The notes under the pieces are model-generated. The model saw only the letters and a list, made by a program, of their open reading frames with translations. It was not told the DNA's origin and ran no database searches. Positions 28,142 through 38,175 of a stretch of DNA of 64,000 nt are shown piece by piece (position 1 is the stretch's first letter; every line of letters starts with the position of its first letter). The position numbers and the translations under genes were made by a program. Origin of the DNA: Gammaproteobacteria bacterium (GTDB taxonomy: Bacteria; Pseudomonadota; Gammaproteobacteria; HK1); assembly GCA_965221555.1 (NCBI GenBank), contig OZ244895.1, positions 1,294,803-1,358,802 of the forward strand, in the 5' to 3' direction.

Positions 28142-30233
28142 TTTGAAACCGCCCGGCGCCGGCGTCTCCCTCGACCAGCTCCTGAAAGCCAATCGCGCCC
28201 ACTTCGATCGCATCCTCGGCGCACGACAGCGCGAAGCGAGTGAAATGGGCAACGGCCGGCCCGCCGAGTTCGAAGAAGGGACGCGGGCGGAATTGCCGCT
28301 GCCGGGTCCGGGCAACGGGGCAGAGAGCGCACCGACTCGACCCGAGGCCCTTGCCCCCCGCGGGCAGACCGCGCGGGAGCATACGCCGTCCCCCGTCCCG
28401 GGGCCGCTCCCGGGTTCCACGGCATCGGAACGCGAGACGCGCGGTGACGGCGAACTCGATCCGATCACTCTCGACCTCATCGAGAACGCGCTGCGCAACG
28501 CTCGACATGAAATGGACGCGGTGCTGTTTCGCTCCGCGATGTCGCCCGTGATTCGTGAGCAGCACGACGAGTTTCCGATGATCACCGACGCCGCGGGCCG
28601 GATGATCGTCGGCCAGTTCGGTTCCTACGTTTCCGAGATGCTGGCGGAGCAGGCATTCGACCTGGAGCCGGGCGACATCATCCTGCAGAGCGACCCCTAC
28701 CTGTGCGGAGGAGCGATCAGCCACATCAACGACTGGATGGTCCTGATCCCGATCTTCTTCGAGGGAGAGCTGGTCGGATTCAGCTCGATGTTCGGCCACA
28801 TGATGGATGTGGGCGGCCCGGTGCCGTGCAGCATGCCGACCGCGGCCACCTCCATCTTCGGGGAGGGTATCCGCATCCCGCCCATCAAGATCTACGCGCG
28901 AGGCGAGCCGAACGACGCCGCCATGAGAATTCTCATGAACAACTCGCGCACGCCCGAGATGAACTACAGCGATCTCATGGCGATCATCGCGGGCAGCCGC
29001 ACCGGCGAGCGGCGCGTCATCGAAATGTGCCGGCGTTTCGGGGTCGAGACCTACAAGAAGGCCTGCGAGGCGCTGCTGAAGCGGACCGAACGGGCGATGC
29101 GCGCGCTCATCGTCAGGAATCTCCCCGAGGAGCCGCAGTCCTTCGAGGACTATGTCGATGACGACGGGCTCGGGAACGGCCCCTTCAAGCTCAAGCTCAC
29201 GCTGTGGCGCGAGGGCGAGCATGCCTACTTCGACTGGACCGGCACCTCGCCGCAGGCGCCGGGGCCTGTCAACTTCTACCTGCACGAAGGCATGTTCAAG
29301 ATGTTCATCGGGGTGTACATGATCATGGTGTTCGACCCCCAGATCCTGTTCAACGACGGCTTCTACGACCTCATCCACGTCACCCTGCCGAAGGGCTCCC
29401 TGCTCCATCCCGACTTTCCCGCCGCGCTCGGGTCGCGCACCCACGCACTCGCCCGCCAGTTCGATGTGCTCGGTGGCGCGCTCAGCAAGAACGCGCCGGA
29501 GATGGCCACCGCGGCCGGTTACGGATCGAGTCCCCACTTCCTCTATTCGGGCGTGGATCGCGAGGGCCGCCCCTTCCAGCTCATGGAGATTCTCTACGGC
29601 GGGATTCCCGGACGGCCGATAGGCGACGGCATGGACGGACACTCGTGGTGGCCGCTCTTCGAGAACATCCCTTCGGAGTACCTGGAGAGCTACTACCCGA
29701 TGCTCATCGAGAGCTACGCGAGCCGGCCGGACACCGGCGGCGCGGGGCGGCACCGGGGCGGCAACGGGGTGGAGAAGGTCTATCGGCTGCTCGAACCGGG
29801 AGAGGTCTCGATCCACGACGACCGCCATCTCTCCCAGCCCTGGGGCATCCTCGGCGGCCAGCCGGGAGGCGTGTCCGAGAAGTGGCTGGTCCGGGCGGAC
29901 GGCTCGCGCGAACCGCTCGGCTCCAAGGTCGACAACGTACGCGTCGGCACCGGTGACCGCATCGTGTTCCGCACCGCGGGGGGCGGGGGATGGGGAGATC
30001 CGCTCGAGCGCGAGCCCGAACGGGTGCGCGCCGACGTGCACCGGCGCCTCATGAGCGCGGAGAAGGCGGAGCGCGACTACGGCGTGGTCCTCTCGGGCGA
30101 GGAGCGGGATATCGATATCGCCGCGACCGGCGCCCGGCGCGAGTCCATCCGCCGCAGTCGCGGGCCGCTGCCCACCTACGATTTCGGGGAGCGTCCCTGG
30201 GAGCGCGCCGGCCTCGACCTCGCGGCGGAGTGA
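28134..30233 (+). CDS. hyuB: hydantoinase B/oxoprolinase (HyuB-type), second copy, with a roughly 105-aa disordered N-terminal extension
   Basis: HyuB motifs after ELDPITLDLIEN. The ATG at 28134 overlaps the hyuA stop by 8 nt. The N-terminus is Pro/Gly/Glu-rich. Confidence 0.9.
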   Translation: MADLKPPGAGVSLDQLLKANRAHFDRILGARQREASEMGNGRPAEFEEGTRAELPLPGPGNGAESAPTRPEALAPRGQTAREHTPSPVPGPLPGSTASERETRGDGELDPITLDLIENALRNARHEMDAVLFRSAMSPVIREQHDEFPMITDAAGRMIVGQFGSYVSEMLAEQAFDLEPGDIILQSDPYLCGGAISHINDWMVLIPIFFEGELVGFSSMFGHMMDVGGPVPCSMPTAATSIFGEGIRIPPIKIYARGEPNDAAMRILMNNSRTPEMNYSDLMAIIAGSRTGERRVIEMCRRFGVETYKKACEALLKRTERAMRALIVRNLPEEPQSFEDYVDDDGLGNGPFKLKLTLWREGEHAYFDWTGTSPQAPGPVNFYLHEGMFKMFIGVYMIMVFDPQILFNDGFYDLIHVTLPKGSLLHPDFPAALGSRTHALARQFDVLGGALSKNAPEMATAAGYGSSPHFLYSGVDREGRPFQLMEILYGGIPGRPIGDGMDGHSWWPLFENIPSEYLESYYPMLIESYASRPDTGGAGRHRGGNGVEKVYRLLEPGEVSIHDDRHLSQPWGILGGQPGGVSEKWLVRADGSREPLGSKVDNVRVGTGDRIVFRTAGGGGWGDPLEREPERVRADVHRRLMSAEKAERDYGVVLSGEERDIDIAATGARRESIRRSRGPLPTYDFGERPWERAGLDLAAE

Positions 30234-30395
30234 GGGGACGAGAAGCCCCCGAGCCCGGCAATGCGGCGGGTCCCTCGGTCGCCGACGGAAGCGACGACCG
30301 CCGCAATTCGGGAGTCGGAGTCGACCCAAGGCGTGGCGCGGCCGCTTCCGTCGGCACGCCGATACCGCGGCGACGAGTGGGCCGAATGCAATGAG

Positions 30396-30425
30396 GCCCC
30401 GGTGCCCGGGGTTTTCTTCGCGACA
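30396..30425 (+). terminator. putative rho-independent terminator downstream of hyuB copy 2
   Basis: GC hairpin CCCCGGTGCCCGGGG followed by TTTTCTTC. Confidence 0.45.
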
Positions 30426-30596
30426 GAGCCGGGAAGTGTCCCGAACCGCGTCGTCTTCTCACTACCTCTCGGGGATGGGAGGCGGCCACTCACCCGATAG
30501 AATCATCCGGCCGACCAAGGCTTACGACGGAAGGAATCCGCTGGCTTATGATCGGTCCTGGCGAGCCCGAGACTCGACACAACGAGAGCGACGACC

Positions 30597-33404
30597 GTGG
30601 AATCCCTGATAACCCTCATCATCCTCGCGATCATCATCGTCGCGATTCTCTACATCATCTCGATCTGGGTGTACAAGCGCGCGCCCGCGAACATGGGGTT
30701 CATCCGCACCGGCTTCCTCGGCACCAAAGTGTGCCTGGGCCGGGGGGCGATGGTGCTGCCCGTGTTCCACGAGGTGACCTGGGTGTCGCTGGAGACCATC
30801 AAGCTCATCGTGAGCCGTTCCCGGGATCAGGCGGTGCTCACCTCGGACAAGATCCGCATCGACGTGATCGCGGAGCTCTACGCCCACGTCGGCCGCAGCG
30901 AAGACGAGCTGCTCGCGGCCGCGCGCAGCCTTGGCGAGCGCACCTTCGACTCGGAGAAGGTGCGTAACCTCCTCGAAGCCAAGATCGTGAGCGCGCTGCG
31001 CAGCTACGCCGCGACCAAGACCCTGAGCGAGCTGCACGAGAACCGCGAGGGCTTCGCCAGGGCGGTGCAGTCGAGCGTGGTCGAGAGCTTCCACGCCAAC
31101 GGCCTCACCCTCGAGGAGGTCACCATCGTCACCCTCGAGCAGAGCTCGAAGGAGTTCTTCGACGCGAACAACGTCTTCGACGCGGAGGGTCTCAAGGTCA
31201 TCACCGAGATCACCTCCGACGCGCGGCGCCGGGTGCACGACACCGAGAAGCGCACCACGGTCTCGATTCGTCAGAAGGACCTCGATACTCAGCTCGAACT
31301 CCTCGAGATCGAGAAGCAGGAGGCGTTCGCCCGCGCCCACCAGGACCGGGAGGTCTCCAACGAGCAGGCGCAGGAGGTGGGCAACAAGCAGATCTACGTG
31401 CTCGACCGGCGCATGGCGGTGGAGCAGAAGGAGATCGACAACGAGAAGGCGCTGGAAGTCATGCGGGCGGAGCGTGACATCAACGCCACCGAGGAGAGCC
31501 GGCGCCGGGAAGAGGCCGAGATCCGCAAGGCGCTCGAGGTCGAGAAGGTGCGACGGGATCGCGAGATCGTCCTCATCGGGAAGGCCAAGGAGGAGGAGCT
31601 CGCCAACATCGAGCGCAAGCTCAGCGAAGAGCAGGCGGAGCGCGACCGGCGCATCAAGCTGGTGGAGAAGGCGAAGGCGGAGGAACTGGCGGAGATCGCG
31701 CGCGGGCTCGCGCGCGAACAGGCGGAGAAGGACAAGGAGATCGCGCTCATCGCGAAGGAGCAGGCGCGTCAGGTCGCGGACATCGACCGGGCGACCGCGG
31801 TCATGGGCCACGAGGAGTCGGCCCGCGACGACCGGCACAAGGTATCGGAGGAGACCGCCCTCGCGGTGCGCAAGCGAAGCCTCGAGACCCGTCTCGAAGT
31901 GCTTGGGCTCGACAAGGACGAGGCGTTTGCCGAGGTCCTCCAGGAGCAGGAGGTTGCGAGCGAACGCGCGCGCGTGCTGAGCGAGCAGCAGCGTTTCATC
32001 CTGGAGCAGCGCTGGCAGGTGGAGCAGGAGGAGATCACCAAGGCGCAGGCGCTGGAGTCGGCGCAGATCCGCAAGGACGTCGCGATCATCGAGGAAAACC
32101 GCCGGCGCGAGGCGGCCGACATCCAGCGGGCGCTCGCGCGCGAGAGCGAGGAGCGCGACCGGGATATCGCCCTGGTGGCGAAGGCGGTGGAGCTGGAACG
32201 GGCCGAGGTGCAGCGCCGGCTCGCGGTCGAGGAAGAGGAGCGTGCGCGGGAGATGGTCCTCGTCGCCCGGGACGAGGCGCTCGAGTCGGCTCGGGTGAAG
32301 AAGAGCCGCGCGATCGAGGTCGAAGAGCGGGAGCGGGAGATCGCCCTGATCGGCAAGGAAGCGGAGCGCGAGCGCGCGGACATCCAGCGATTCCTCGCCC
32401 GGGAGAGCGAGGAGCGGGACCGCCAGATCGCGCTCGCCGCGAAGACTCTCGAGCTCGAGGAAGCCGAATCGCGGCGCCTGGAGATGACCGCGCATCGCGA
32501 GCAGGCGGAGCACGATGCGGAGTCCGTGCGCCGGGTGGCCGACGCTGCCCGCCGGAAGGAGATCGATCGCATCAAGGCCGAGAATCTCTCCGACACCCGC
32601 CGTATCGAGGAGGAGACCAAGGCGGAGATCGCCCGCATGCACATGCTCTCCCAGGCCGACGCGCGACGCAGCGCGGCGGAACGCGAGGCCGAGGCCACCC
32701 TCACCCGGGCTCGGGCCACCAGTGAGGCGCAACAGATCGGCGCCGAAGGCATCGAGAAGGAGGCGGGCGCGGTCGGCCGGGCCGAAGTGCACATCGAGGC
32801 GCTGCGCGTGGTCAATGCTCAGCGCCGCCTCGAGGCCGAGGCGGTCGGGATCGAGGCCAAGGCGGACGCCCTCAAGAAGTACAACGAGTCCGCCGCCTTC
32901 CTGGAGCTCGCCAAGATGCACATCGAGGCCGAGCGCGCCATCCACATCGACCAGGCGAAGGCGATGGGCACGGCGCTGACCGGCGCCCACATCCGCATGT
33001 ACGGAGGAGACGGCGGCACCGTCGACAACATACGGCAGCTCTTCACCTCCGGCTTCGGCATCGGCGAGGCGCTCGAAGGCGTCGCACAGTCGTTGCCGGA
33101 AGGACTGCGGGAGCGTTTGGCGCAAGACGGGATTCGCGGGATTTTCCGCCGCCCGGACGAGAGTCCGCTCCGGGTCCACGTGGGACGCCTCTCCGAGCTT
33201 GTGGACTCCACACTCGGCGCCGAGGCGAAGGAGATGCGATTCGCGGATGCGCTCGCCCGGCTCGGGGAGGCCACGGCCGGCGACGAGGCGGCGGGGCGTT
33301 CGCTCGCGGTGCTCGCTTCGGTGAACGAGGGCGGAGCCTTTGACGACGTGCCCTTCGAGACCGCGTGGACGCTCCTGGGGGCGCTCGCCAAGAGCGCGAA
33401 GTGA
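30597..33404 (+). CDS. flotillin-like SPFH/Band-7 protein with N-terminal TM helix and an expanded coiled-coil of about seven 29-aa repeats
   Basis: N-terminal hydrophobic helix, SPFH domain (about residues 30-230), then long Glu/Arg/Ala-rich heptad region with repeats of the form xLAxExxERDRxIxLxAK...; 935 aa. Confidence 0.85.
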   Translation: MESLITLIILAIIIVAILYIISIWVYKRAPANMGFIRTGFLGTKVCLGRGAMVLPVFHEVTWVSLETIKLIVSRSRDQAVLTSDKIRIDVIAELYAHVGRSEDELLAAARSLGERTFDSEKVRNLLEAKIVSALRSYAATKTLSELHENREGFARAVQSSVVESFHANGLTLEEVTIVTLEQSSKEFFDANNVFDAEGLKVITEITSDARRRVHDTEKRTTVSIRQKDLDTQLELLEIEKQEAFARAHQDREVSNEQAQEVGNKQIYVLDRRMAVEQKEIDNEKALEVMRAERDINATEESRRREEAEIRKALEVEKVRRDREIVLIGKAKEEELANIERKLSEEQAERDRRIKLVEKAKAEELAEIARGLAREQAEKDKEIALIAKEQARQVADIDRATAVMGHEESARDDRHKVSEETALAVRKRSLETRLEVLGLDKDEAFAEVLQEQEVASERARVLSEQQRFILEQRWQVEQEEITKAQALESAQIRKDVAIIEENRRREAADIQRALARESEERDRDIALVAKAVELERAEVQRRLAVEEEERAREMVLVARDEALESARVKKSRAIEVEEREREIALIGKEAERERADIQRFLARESEERDRQIALAAKTLELEEAESRRLEMTAHREQAEHDAESVRRVADAARRKEIDRIKAENLSDTRRIEEETKAEIARMHMLSQADARRSAAEREAEATLTRARATSEAQQIGAEGIEKEAGAVGRAEVHIEALRVVNAQRRLEAEAVGIEAKADALKKYNESAAFLELAKMHIEAERAIHIDQAKAMGTALTGAHIRMYGGDGGTVDNIRQLFTSGFGIGEALEGVAQSLPEGLRERLAQDGIRGIFRRPDESPLRVHVGRLSELVDSTLGAEAKEMRFADALARLGEATAGDEAAGRSLAVLASVNEGGAFDDVPFETAWTLLGALAKSAK

Positions 33405-33522
33405 AGGCGCGCACCCGGTATCGAGACACTGGCGACTTCCACACGGAACGAAACGCGTCCGCCGCTCGCGGGGCAGGCTCCTCGTCGACCGTGGCCCCGG
33501 ACGCCGTCAACGCTTTCCACGC

Positions 33523-34644
33523 ATGACGACCGGCGCAGCTCCGGGGTCTGAAGCGGTGGCCGATCTCGACGTCGTCCTCGTCGGCGTGAGCAAGACCTTC
33601 GATGGCGACGTGCACGCCGTCATCGACTTCAACGCGGAGATCGAGCGCGGCGAGTTCGTGGCCATGCTCGGCCCGAGCGGCTGCGGCAAGACCACCACCC
33701 TTCGCATGATCGGAGGCCTGGAAGAGGTCACGTCCGGAAAGATCTACATCGCCGGTACCGACGTGACCGACCTTCCGCCCTCGGAACGCGATACGTCCAT
33801 GATGTTCCAGAGCTTCGCGCTCTTCCCTCACCGCACCGTCCACCAGAACGTCGAGTTCAGTCTCAAGGTCAAGGGCATCGAGCGCCGGGAGAGGGATCGG
33901 CAGGTAGGCCGGATGCTCGAAATGGTGAGCCTCGACCCGCTCGCGGATCGCTATCCCCGGGATCTGAGCGGCGGTCAGCAGCAACGCGTCGCACTCGCCC
34001 GGGCGCTCATCAGCAAACCCACTCTTCTCCTTCTCGACGAGCCGCTCGGGGCGCTCGACTACAGTCTTCGCCAGCAGATGATGGTCGAGCTCAAGACGAT
34101 TCAGCGCGAGCTCGGAATCACCTTCATCATGGTGACGCACTCGCAGCAGGAGGCGATGTCGCTCGCCGACAAGGTGGTGGTCATGAGCGACGCCCTCATC
34201 CAGCAGATTGGGACCTCGCGCGAGGTCTACGAGGCGCCGCGCACCCGCTTCGTCGCCGATTTCATCGGCAACAACAATGTCTTCGAAGGGACGATCCGGT
34301 CGCGGAGCGGGTCCATCGTCTTCGTCGAGTCGAAGGACCACCTCTTCTACGTCCGCGCTCCGAACGGCGACGAGCGCGATATCCGCAACGGACGCGCCGT
34401 CCACTTCTCGGTCCGCGCCGATCTCATGCACACCGGCGCCCGCTCCGGCATGGCGAATCAGGTCGAGGTCCGGTATGTCGCGACCGAGTTTCTCGGCTCG
34501 CTCGAGACCGATGTGTTCGAGTTCTCTCCCGGCATGTACATCCATGTGGAACAGCACCGCAGCGTCTCCGACCGCGCTTACGAGGTCGGGGAACGCGAGG
34601 CGATCTGCTGGCCCGCAGAGGCCGCGGTTCTCCTGCTCGACTGA
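33523..34644 (+). CDS. ABC transporter ATP-binding protein, PotA/spermidine-putrescine type with C-terminal TOBE-like domain
   Basis: Walker A GPSGCGKTT, LSGGQQQRVALARAL and LLLDEPLGALD, plus a C-terminal regulatory domain. Confidence 0.9.
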   Translation: MTTGAAPGSEAVADLDVVLVGVSKTFDGDVHAVIDFNAEIERGEFVAMLGPSGCGKTTTLRMIGGLEEVTSGKIYIAGTDVTDLPPSERDTSMMFQSFALFPHRTVHQNVEFSLKVKGIERRERDRQVGRMLEMVSLDPLADRYPRDLSGGQQQRVALARALISKPTLLLLDEPLGALDYSLRQQMMVELKTIQRELGITFIMVTHSQQEAMSLADKVVVMSDALIQQIGTSREVYEAPRTRFVADFIGNNNVFEGTIRSRSGSIVFVESKDHLFYVRAPNGDERDIRNGRAVHFSVRADLMHTGARSGMANQVEVRYVATEFLGSLETDVFEFSPGMYIHVEQHRSVSDRAYEVGEREAICWPAEAAVLLLD

Positions 34645-34657
34645 GCGCGCGCCGGAG

Positions 34658-35488
34658 TCAGCGGGTGCGCCGGTAGAGGATGGTGTAGACGAGCAGGAAG
34701 AGCCCGATCATCAGCAGCGAGAAGAGGGTCGATGCGGTGCCCAGCGCGAAGAGCGTGGGGCGAATTCGCTGGGTCATGGACGCATTGATGTCGAGCGGCA
34801 GAGTGTTGTTCTCGCCCGCGAGCAGGGTGGTGCGGGCGAACTCGTCGTAGGAGAGCGTGAAGCCGAAGAGCCCGGCCGCCACGATTCCGGGCGTGATGAG
34901 GGGCAGGGTCACCTCCTTGAAGACGGTCCACTCGCTCGCCCCCATGTCACGGGCCGCCTCCTCCAACGCGCCGTCGAATCGGTTGAACACCGCCATCATG
35001 ACGAGAAAGCCGAAGGGCAGAGTCCACACCACGTGCACGCCGAGACCGGTCGACCACCAGGCGGGAGAGATGCCGACCTGTTTCATAAGGGTCGCCATAC
35101 CCAGGCTGAGCAGGATGCCCGGCACCATGATGCCGGTCATGATGGTGTAGAAGAGCAGGCCGGAGCCCACGAAGCGCTTGCGAAAAGCCATCGCGAACAT
35201 CGTCGAGAAGAGCGCGGTGATCACCATGACGACGAGCGCGAGCACGACGGAGCGCAGCAGCGCGCCCTTCAGGTCGCCGACGCTGGAGGGCTCCAGCAGC
35301 TTGTTCCACCAGTAGAGGCTCACGCCGCGCATGGGAAAGCTCGTTCCCCCTCTGCGCCCCTGGAAGGAGAGGATGAACATCGCGAACATCGGTCCGTAGA
35401 TGAAGAGCAGGAAGAGGACGTAGTAGCCGCTGAAGACCGACTTGATCGCCGCCTTGCGCTTTCGTTCCGCGGTCCAGCGTCGCGCCAT
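34658..35488 (-). CDS. ABC transporter permease (PotC-like)
   Basis: Six TM helices and the EAA motif (EEAARDMGASEWTVFKEVTLPL). Confidence 0.85.
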   Translation of the reverse strand: MARRWTAERKRKAAIKSVFSGYYVLFLLFIYGPMFAMFILSFQGRRGGTSFPMRGVSLYWWNKLLEPSSVGDLKGALLRSVVLALVVMVITALFSTMFAMAFRKRFVGSGLLFYTIMTGIMVPGILLSLGMATLMKQVGISPAWWSTGLGVHVVWTLPFGFLVMMAVFNRFDGALEEAARDMGASEWTVFKEVTLPLITPGIVAAGLFGFTLSYDEFARTTLLAGENNTLPLDINASMTQRIRPTLFALGTASTLFSLLMIGLFLLVYTILYRRTR

Positions 35489-35489
35489 G

Positions 35490-36500
35490 TCAGAGCTGAC
35501 TCCGGATGTCCACGAGGCGCAGGATGATCACCACCCCGATCATCATCGCGAGCATGAGCATCAGCGCGTTGACCGCCGCGAAGGGGTAGTTGGCGATCGC
35601 GTAGTAGTTGAGGATCACCGTCCCCACCGTCGAGGTCTTGCCGCCGTAGACGACGACCGCGGTCGCGAACTCCCCCATGATCATCACGAATATGAAGATC
35701 ATGCCAATCGCCACGCCGGGCAGGGAGAGCGGCACGATGATTTCGCGAAAGATCTGGAAGGCGTTGGCGCCCATGTCCCGCGCCGCCTCCAGGATGTCCT
35801 TGTCGATCTTGGCGAGCGAGAAGAAGATGGGGCCGACGCAGAGCACCACGTAGAGCTGCACCAGCGCCATCGTGTAGCCGAGCTCCGAGTAGAGCAGCAC
35901 GCTCGACGGCTTCTCGAGAATGCCGCTCCCGACGAGCATGCTGTTGAGCAGCCCCCGGCGCCCGAGCATGGGGAGCCAGGCCACCGCCCGGATCAGGTAG
36001 CTCGTCCAGAAGGGCACCATGCACAGCAGAAAGAGCGCCATCTGCCACTTGAAAGACTGGACCTGCATCGCCAGGAAATAGGCGATGGGATAGCCGAGCA
36101 GGAGACAGAAGAACATCACCGTCAGGGTGAAGCGAAAGGTCGACCACAGGGTCTTGATGAAGATGCTGGGGCCGAGGAATCGGTCCGATTCGGGATCGAA
36201 GAACCCTTCCGTCGTGAAGTACTCGCGGTAGTGGTGCAGCGTCGGGTCGGCGGTCATCCCGTGCCCGGTCGACGTCCAGAGGCTGAAGACGATGATGCTG
36301 GCGAGCGGTATGACCAGGAAGAGAAGCAGCCAGGCGACGCCGGGCGCGATCAGCCATCCGACGGGAAACCCCTCCTCGTGCCGGGCTCTCTTCTTCTCTT
36401 CCGCGACGAGTTCCGCCGGCGGCGCGGGCTGCGCGCCGATGAGGCCCCGGTGTTGTGTCTCGACGGTCCGCGCCACCGCTTCCCCCTTACCCGGACGCAC
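35490..36500 (-). CDS. ABC transporter permease (PotB-like)
   Basis: EAA motif (LEAARDMGANAFQIFREIIVPLSLPG); its stop is adjacent to the next permease start. Confidence 0.85.
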   Translation of the reverse strand: MRPGKGEAVARTVETQHRGLIGAQPAPPAELVAEEKKRARHEEGFPVGWLIAPGVAWLLLFLVIPLASIIVFSLWTSTGHGMTADPTLHHYREYFTTEGFFDPESDRFLGPSIFIKTLWSTFRFTLTVMFFCLLLGYPIAYFLAMQVQSFKWQMALFLLCMVPFWTSYLIRAVAWLPMLGRRGLLNSMLVGSGILEKPSSVLLYSELGYTMALVQLYVVLCVGPIFFSLAKIDKDILEAARDMGANAFQIFREIIVPLSLPGVAIGMIFIFVMIMGEFATAVVVYGGKTSTVGTVILNYYAIANYPFAAVNALMLMLAMMIGVVIILRLVDIRSQL

Positions 36501-36680
36501 TCGTGAGCCGGGACCCGGTCCCCGGTCGCGGGAGATGCGAGGACATGGTCATGTCCAGATGCTCGTCGATCGCCGCGCCGTCCACAATGTGATGGCGGCG
36601 GGCCGGGACACTGGCCGGATCCGAGAACGAGCAAGCGGCCGGGACCCTCGATGGCAGGGTCCCGGCGGGAAGCGTGCGTG

Positions 36681-37970
36681 TCAGGCGGCGAGGAACTCGG
36701 TCCAGCGCTTCACGAGATAGTCGTTCTCGTCCATGAGCGAATTCCACACCGCGATGTTGCTGAAGCGGTTCCAGTAGGACCCTCCGTCGCGTACCTCGCC
36801 CTGCTCGACGATGATGGTGCCGAAGGGGTCGGGCAGCTCCTTCGCGGCGGGCTTGCCCTCGTACCAGAAGTCCCACTCTTCCGGTTCGAGATGGTTCTTG
36901 ACGTTCTCGGGCACCGACATGTAATAGCCCTGCCGGGCCACGAAGGCGCCGGGCCATCCGGAGAGCCACCAGTCGATGTACTCGTAGGCCTGGTCGAGCG
37001 CCCTGCCGCTCAGCCGGGCGGAAATCGACAGGCCGCCGTGCCAACCGCGCATGCCTTCCTTGGGGAAGGCGTAGACGCAGGGTACGCCCTCGGCCTTGAT
37101 CGCGGTGACCGCTGGTGACCACATGCTCTCGAGCGCGACTTCTCCGCTCACCATGAGCGTCACCGACTGCCCGAAAGTCTCCCAGAAGGCCCGGAAGTGA
37201 CCGGCTTTCTTCTTCTCGATGAGGAAATCGATGAGGGAGTCGATCTCCTCGCGGGTCATGTTGCCCTTGTCCTTGAATGTCATGAGCCCCATCGCCTCGA
37301 CGGCGAGGGAGGCATCCATCGTTCCGATCTGGGGCACGTTGAGGAGGGCGACGCGGCCGCTGAACTCATCGCTCATGAGATCCGCCCAGCTCTCGATGGG
37401 CCGGCCGGTGTCTTCGGGGTTGTAGCCGATGGAATCCGCGTTGTGCCACCCTGGCACCATGGTGATGTAGCGTGACTCCTCCATGGTGCGCTTGCCGTTC
37501 TCGTCCACCCACAGGTGGCGGAAGGGGGCGTCGCCCTGGCCTTCTCGCGAATCCGGCGTGAGGCGGCCGGTCTTGGCGAGGTTGGTGACCTTGTCCCAGT
37601 CCTTGATCCGGTGGGTGTCGATGGGCTGCCAGACCCCCGCCGGCCACATCACGTCCATGTCGTTGTAGTAGCCTTCCGCGATCTCGTACTGGTCGTTCTG
37701 GTTCAGCATCTTGCCGAACATCGCGCCGTAGCCCAGGGCTTGACCCTTGACCTGGAAGCCCAGATCCAGGGACGCCTGCCCCTGGATCTCGTTTATCACG
37801 CTCACACCCAGGCCGACCGAACGAATGGGATCGTCGGCGCGGACGATGGCGGGGAAGGCGGTGATCGCGGCGCCGGCGGCGGCCGCCTTGGCCGAGGAGC
37901 CGACGAATTCGCGCCGGGACAATCGCTTCGGTTGCGTTCCATCCGAGTTGTGTTCATGCTCTTTGTTCAT
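36681..37970 (-). CDS. ABC transporter periplasmic substrate-binding protein (PotD/PotF-like) with Tat signal
   Basis: Twin-arginine motif SRREFVGSSAKAAAAGAA and an SBP_bac_1/PotD-like fold; 429 aa. Confidence 0.85.
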   Translation of the reverse strand: MNKEHEHNSDGTQPKRLSRREFVGSSAKAAAAGAAITAFPAIVRADDPIRSVGLGVSVINEIQGQASLDLGFQVKGQALGYGAMFGKMLNQNDQYEIAEGYYNDMDVMWPAGVWQPIDTHRIKDWDKVTNLAKTGRLTPDSREGQGDAPFRHLWVDENGKRTMEESRYITMVPGWHNADSIGYNPEDTGRPIESWADLMSDEFSGRVALLNVPQIGTMDASLAVEAMGLMTFKDKGNMTREEIDSLIDFLIEKKKAGHFRAFWETFGQSVTLMVSGEVALESMWSPAVTAIKAEGVPCVYAFPKEGMRGWHGGLSISARLSGRALDQAYEYIDWWLSGWPGAFVARQGYYMSVPENVKNHLEPEEWDFWYEGKPAAKELPDPFGTIIVEQGEVRDGGSYWNRFSNIAVWNSLMDENDYLVKRWTEFLAA

Positions 37971-38175
37971 GTTCTCGCTCCCATTGCTCTAGTGGCTTTC
38001 CACGGGTGGTCACGATCGAATGGGTGGGCCGCGTTCTTGCGCAGGCCGTTGTCGTCGCTGAATCGCCGACCGCTTCGCATGGACCTTAGCTCAAGCCTGC
38101 GGGATTTGGAATCACCGGCCGGGAGCCGGGCGGCGCGATGCGGGTGTGCGCAGTGACTCGCCGGCGCGGGCATTT

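Noticed and set aside
31400-32500. Periodic nucleotide repeats that could be mistaken for a repeat array or CRISPR
   Set aside because: They are in-frame coding repeats (29-aa coiled-coil units) inside the flotillin gene. There are no spacers, no cas genes and no direct-repeat/spacer architecture.
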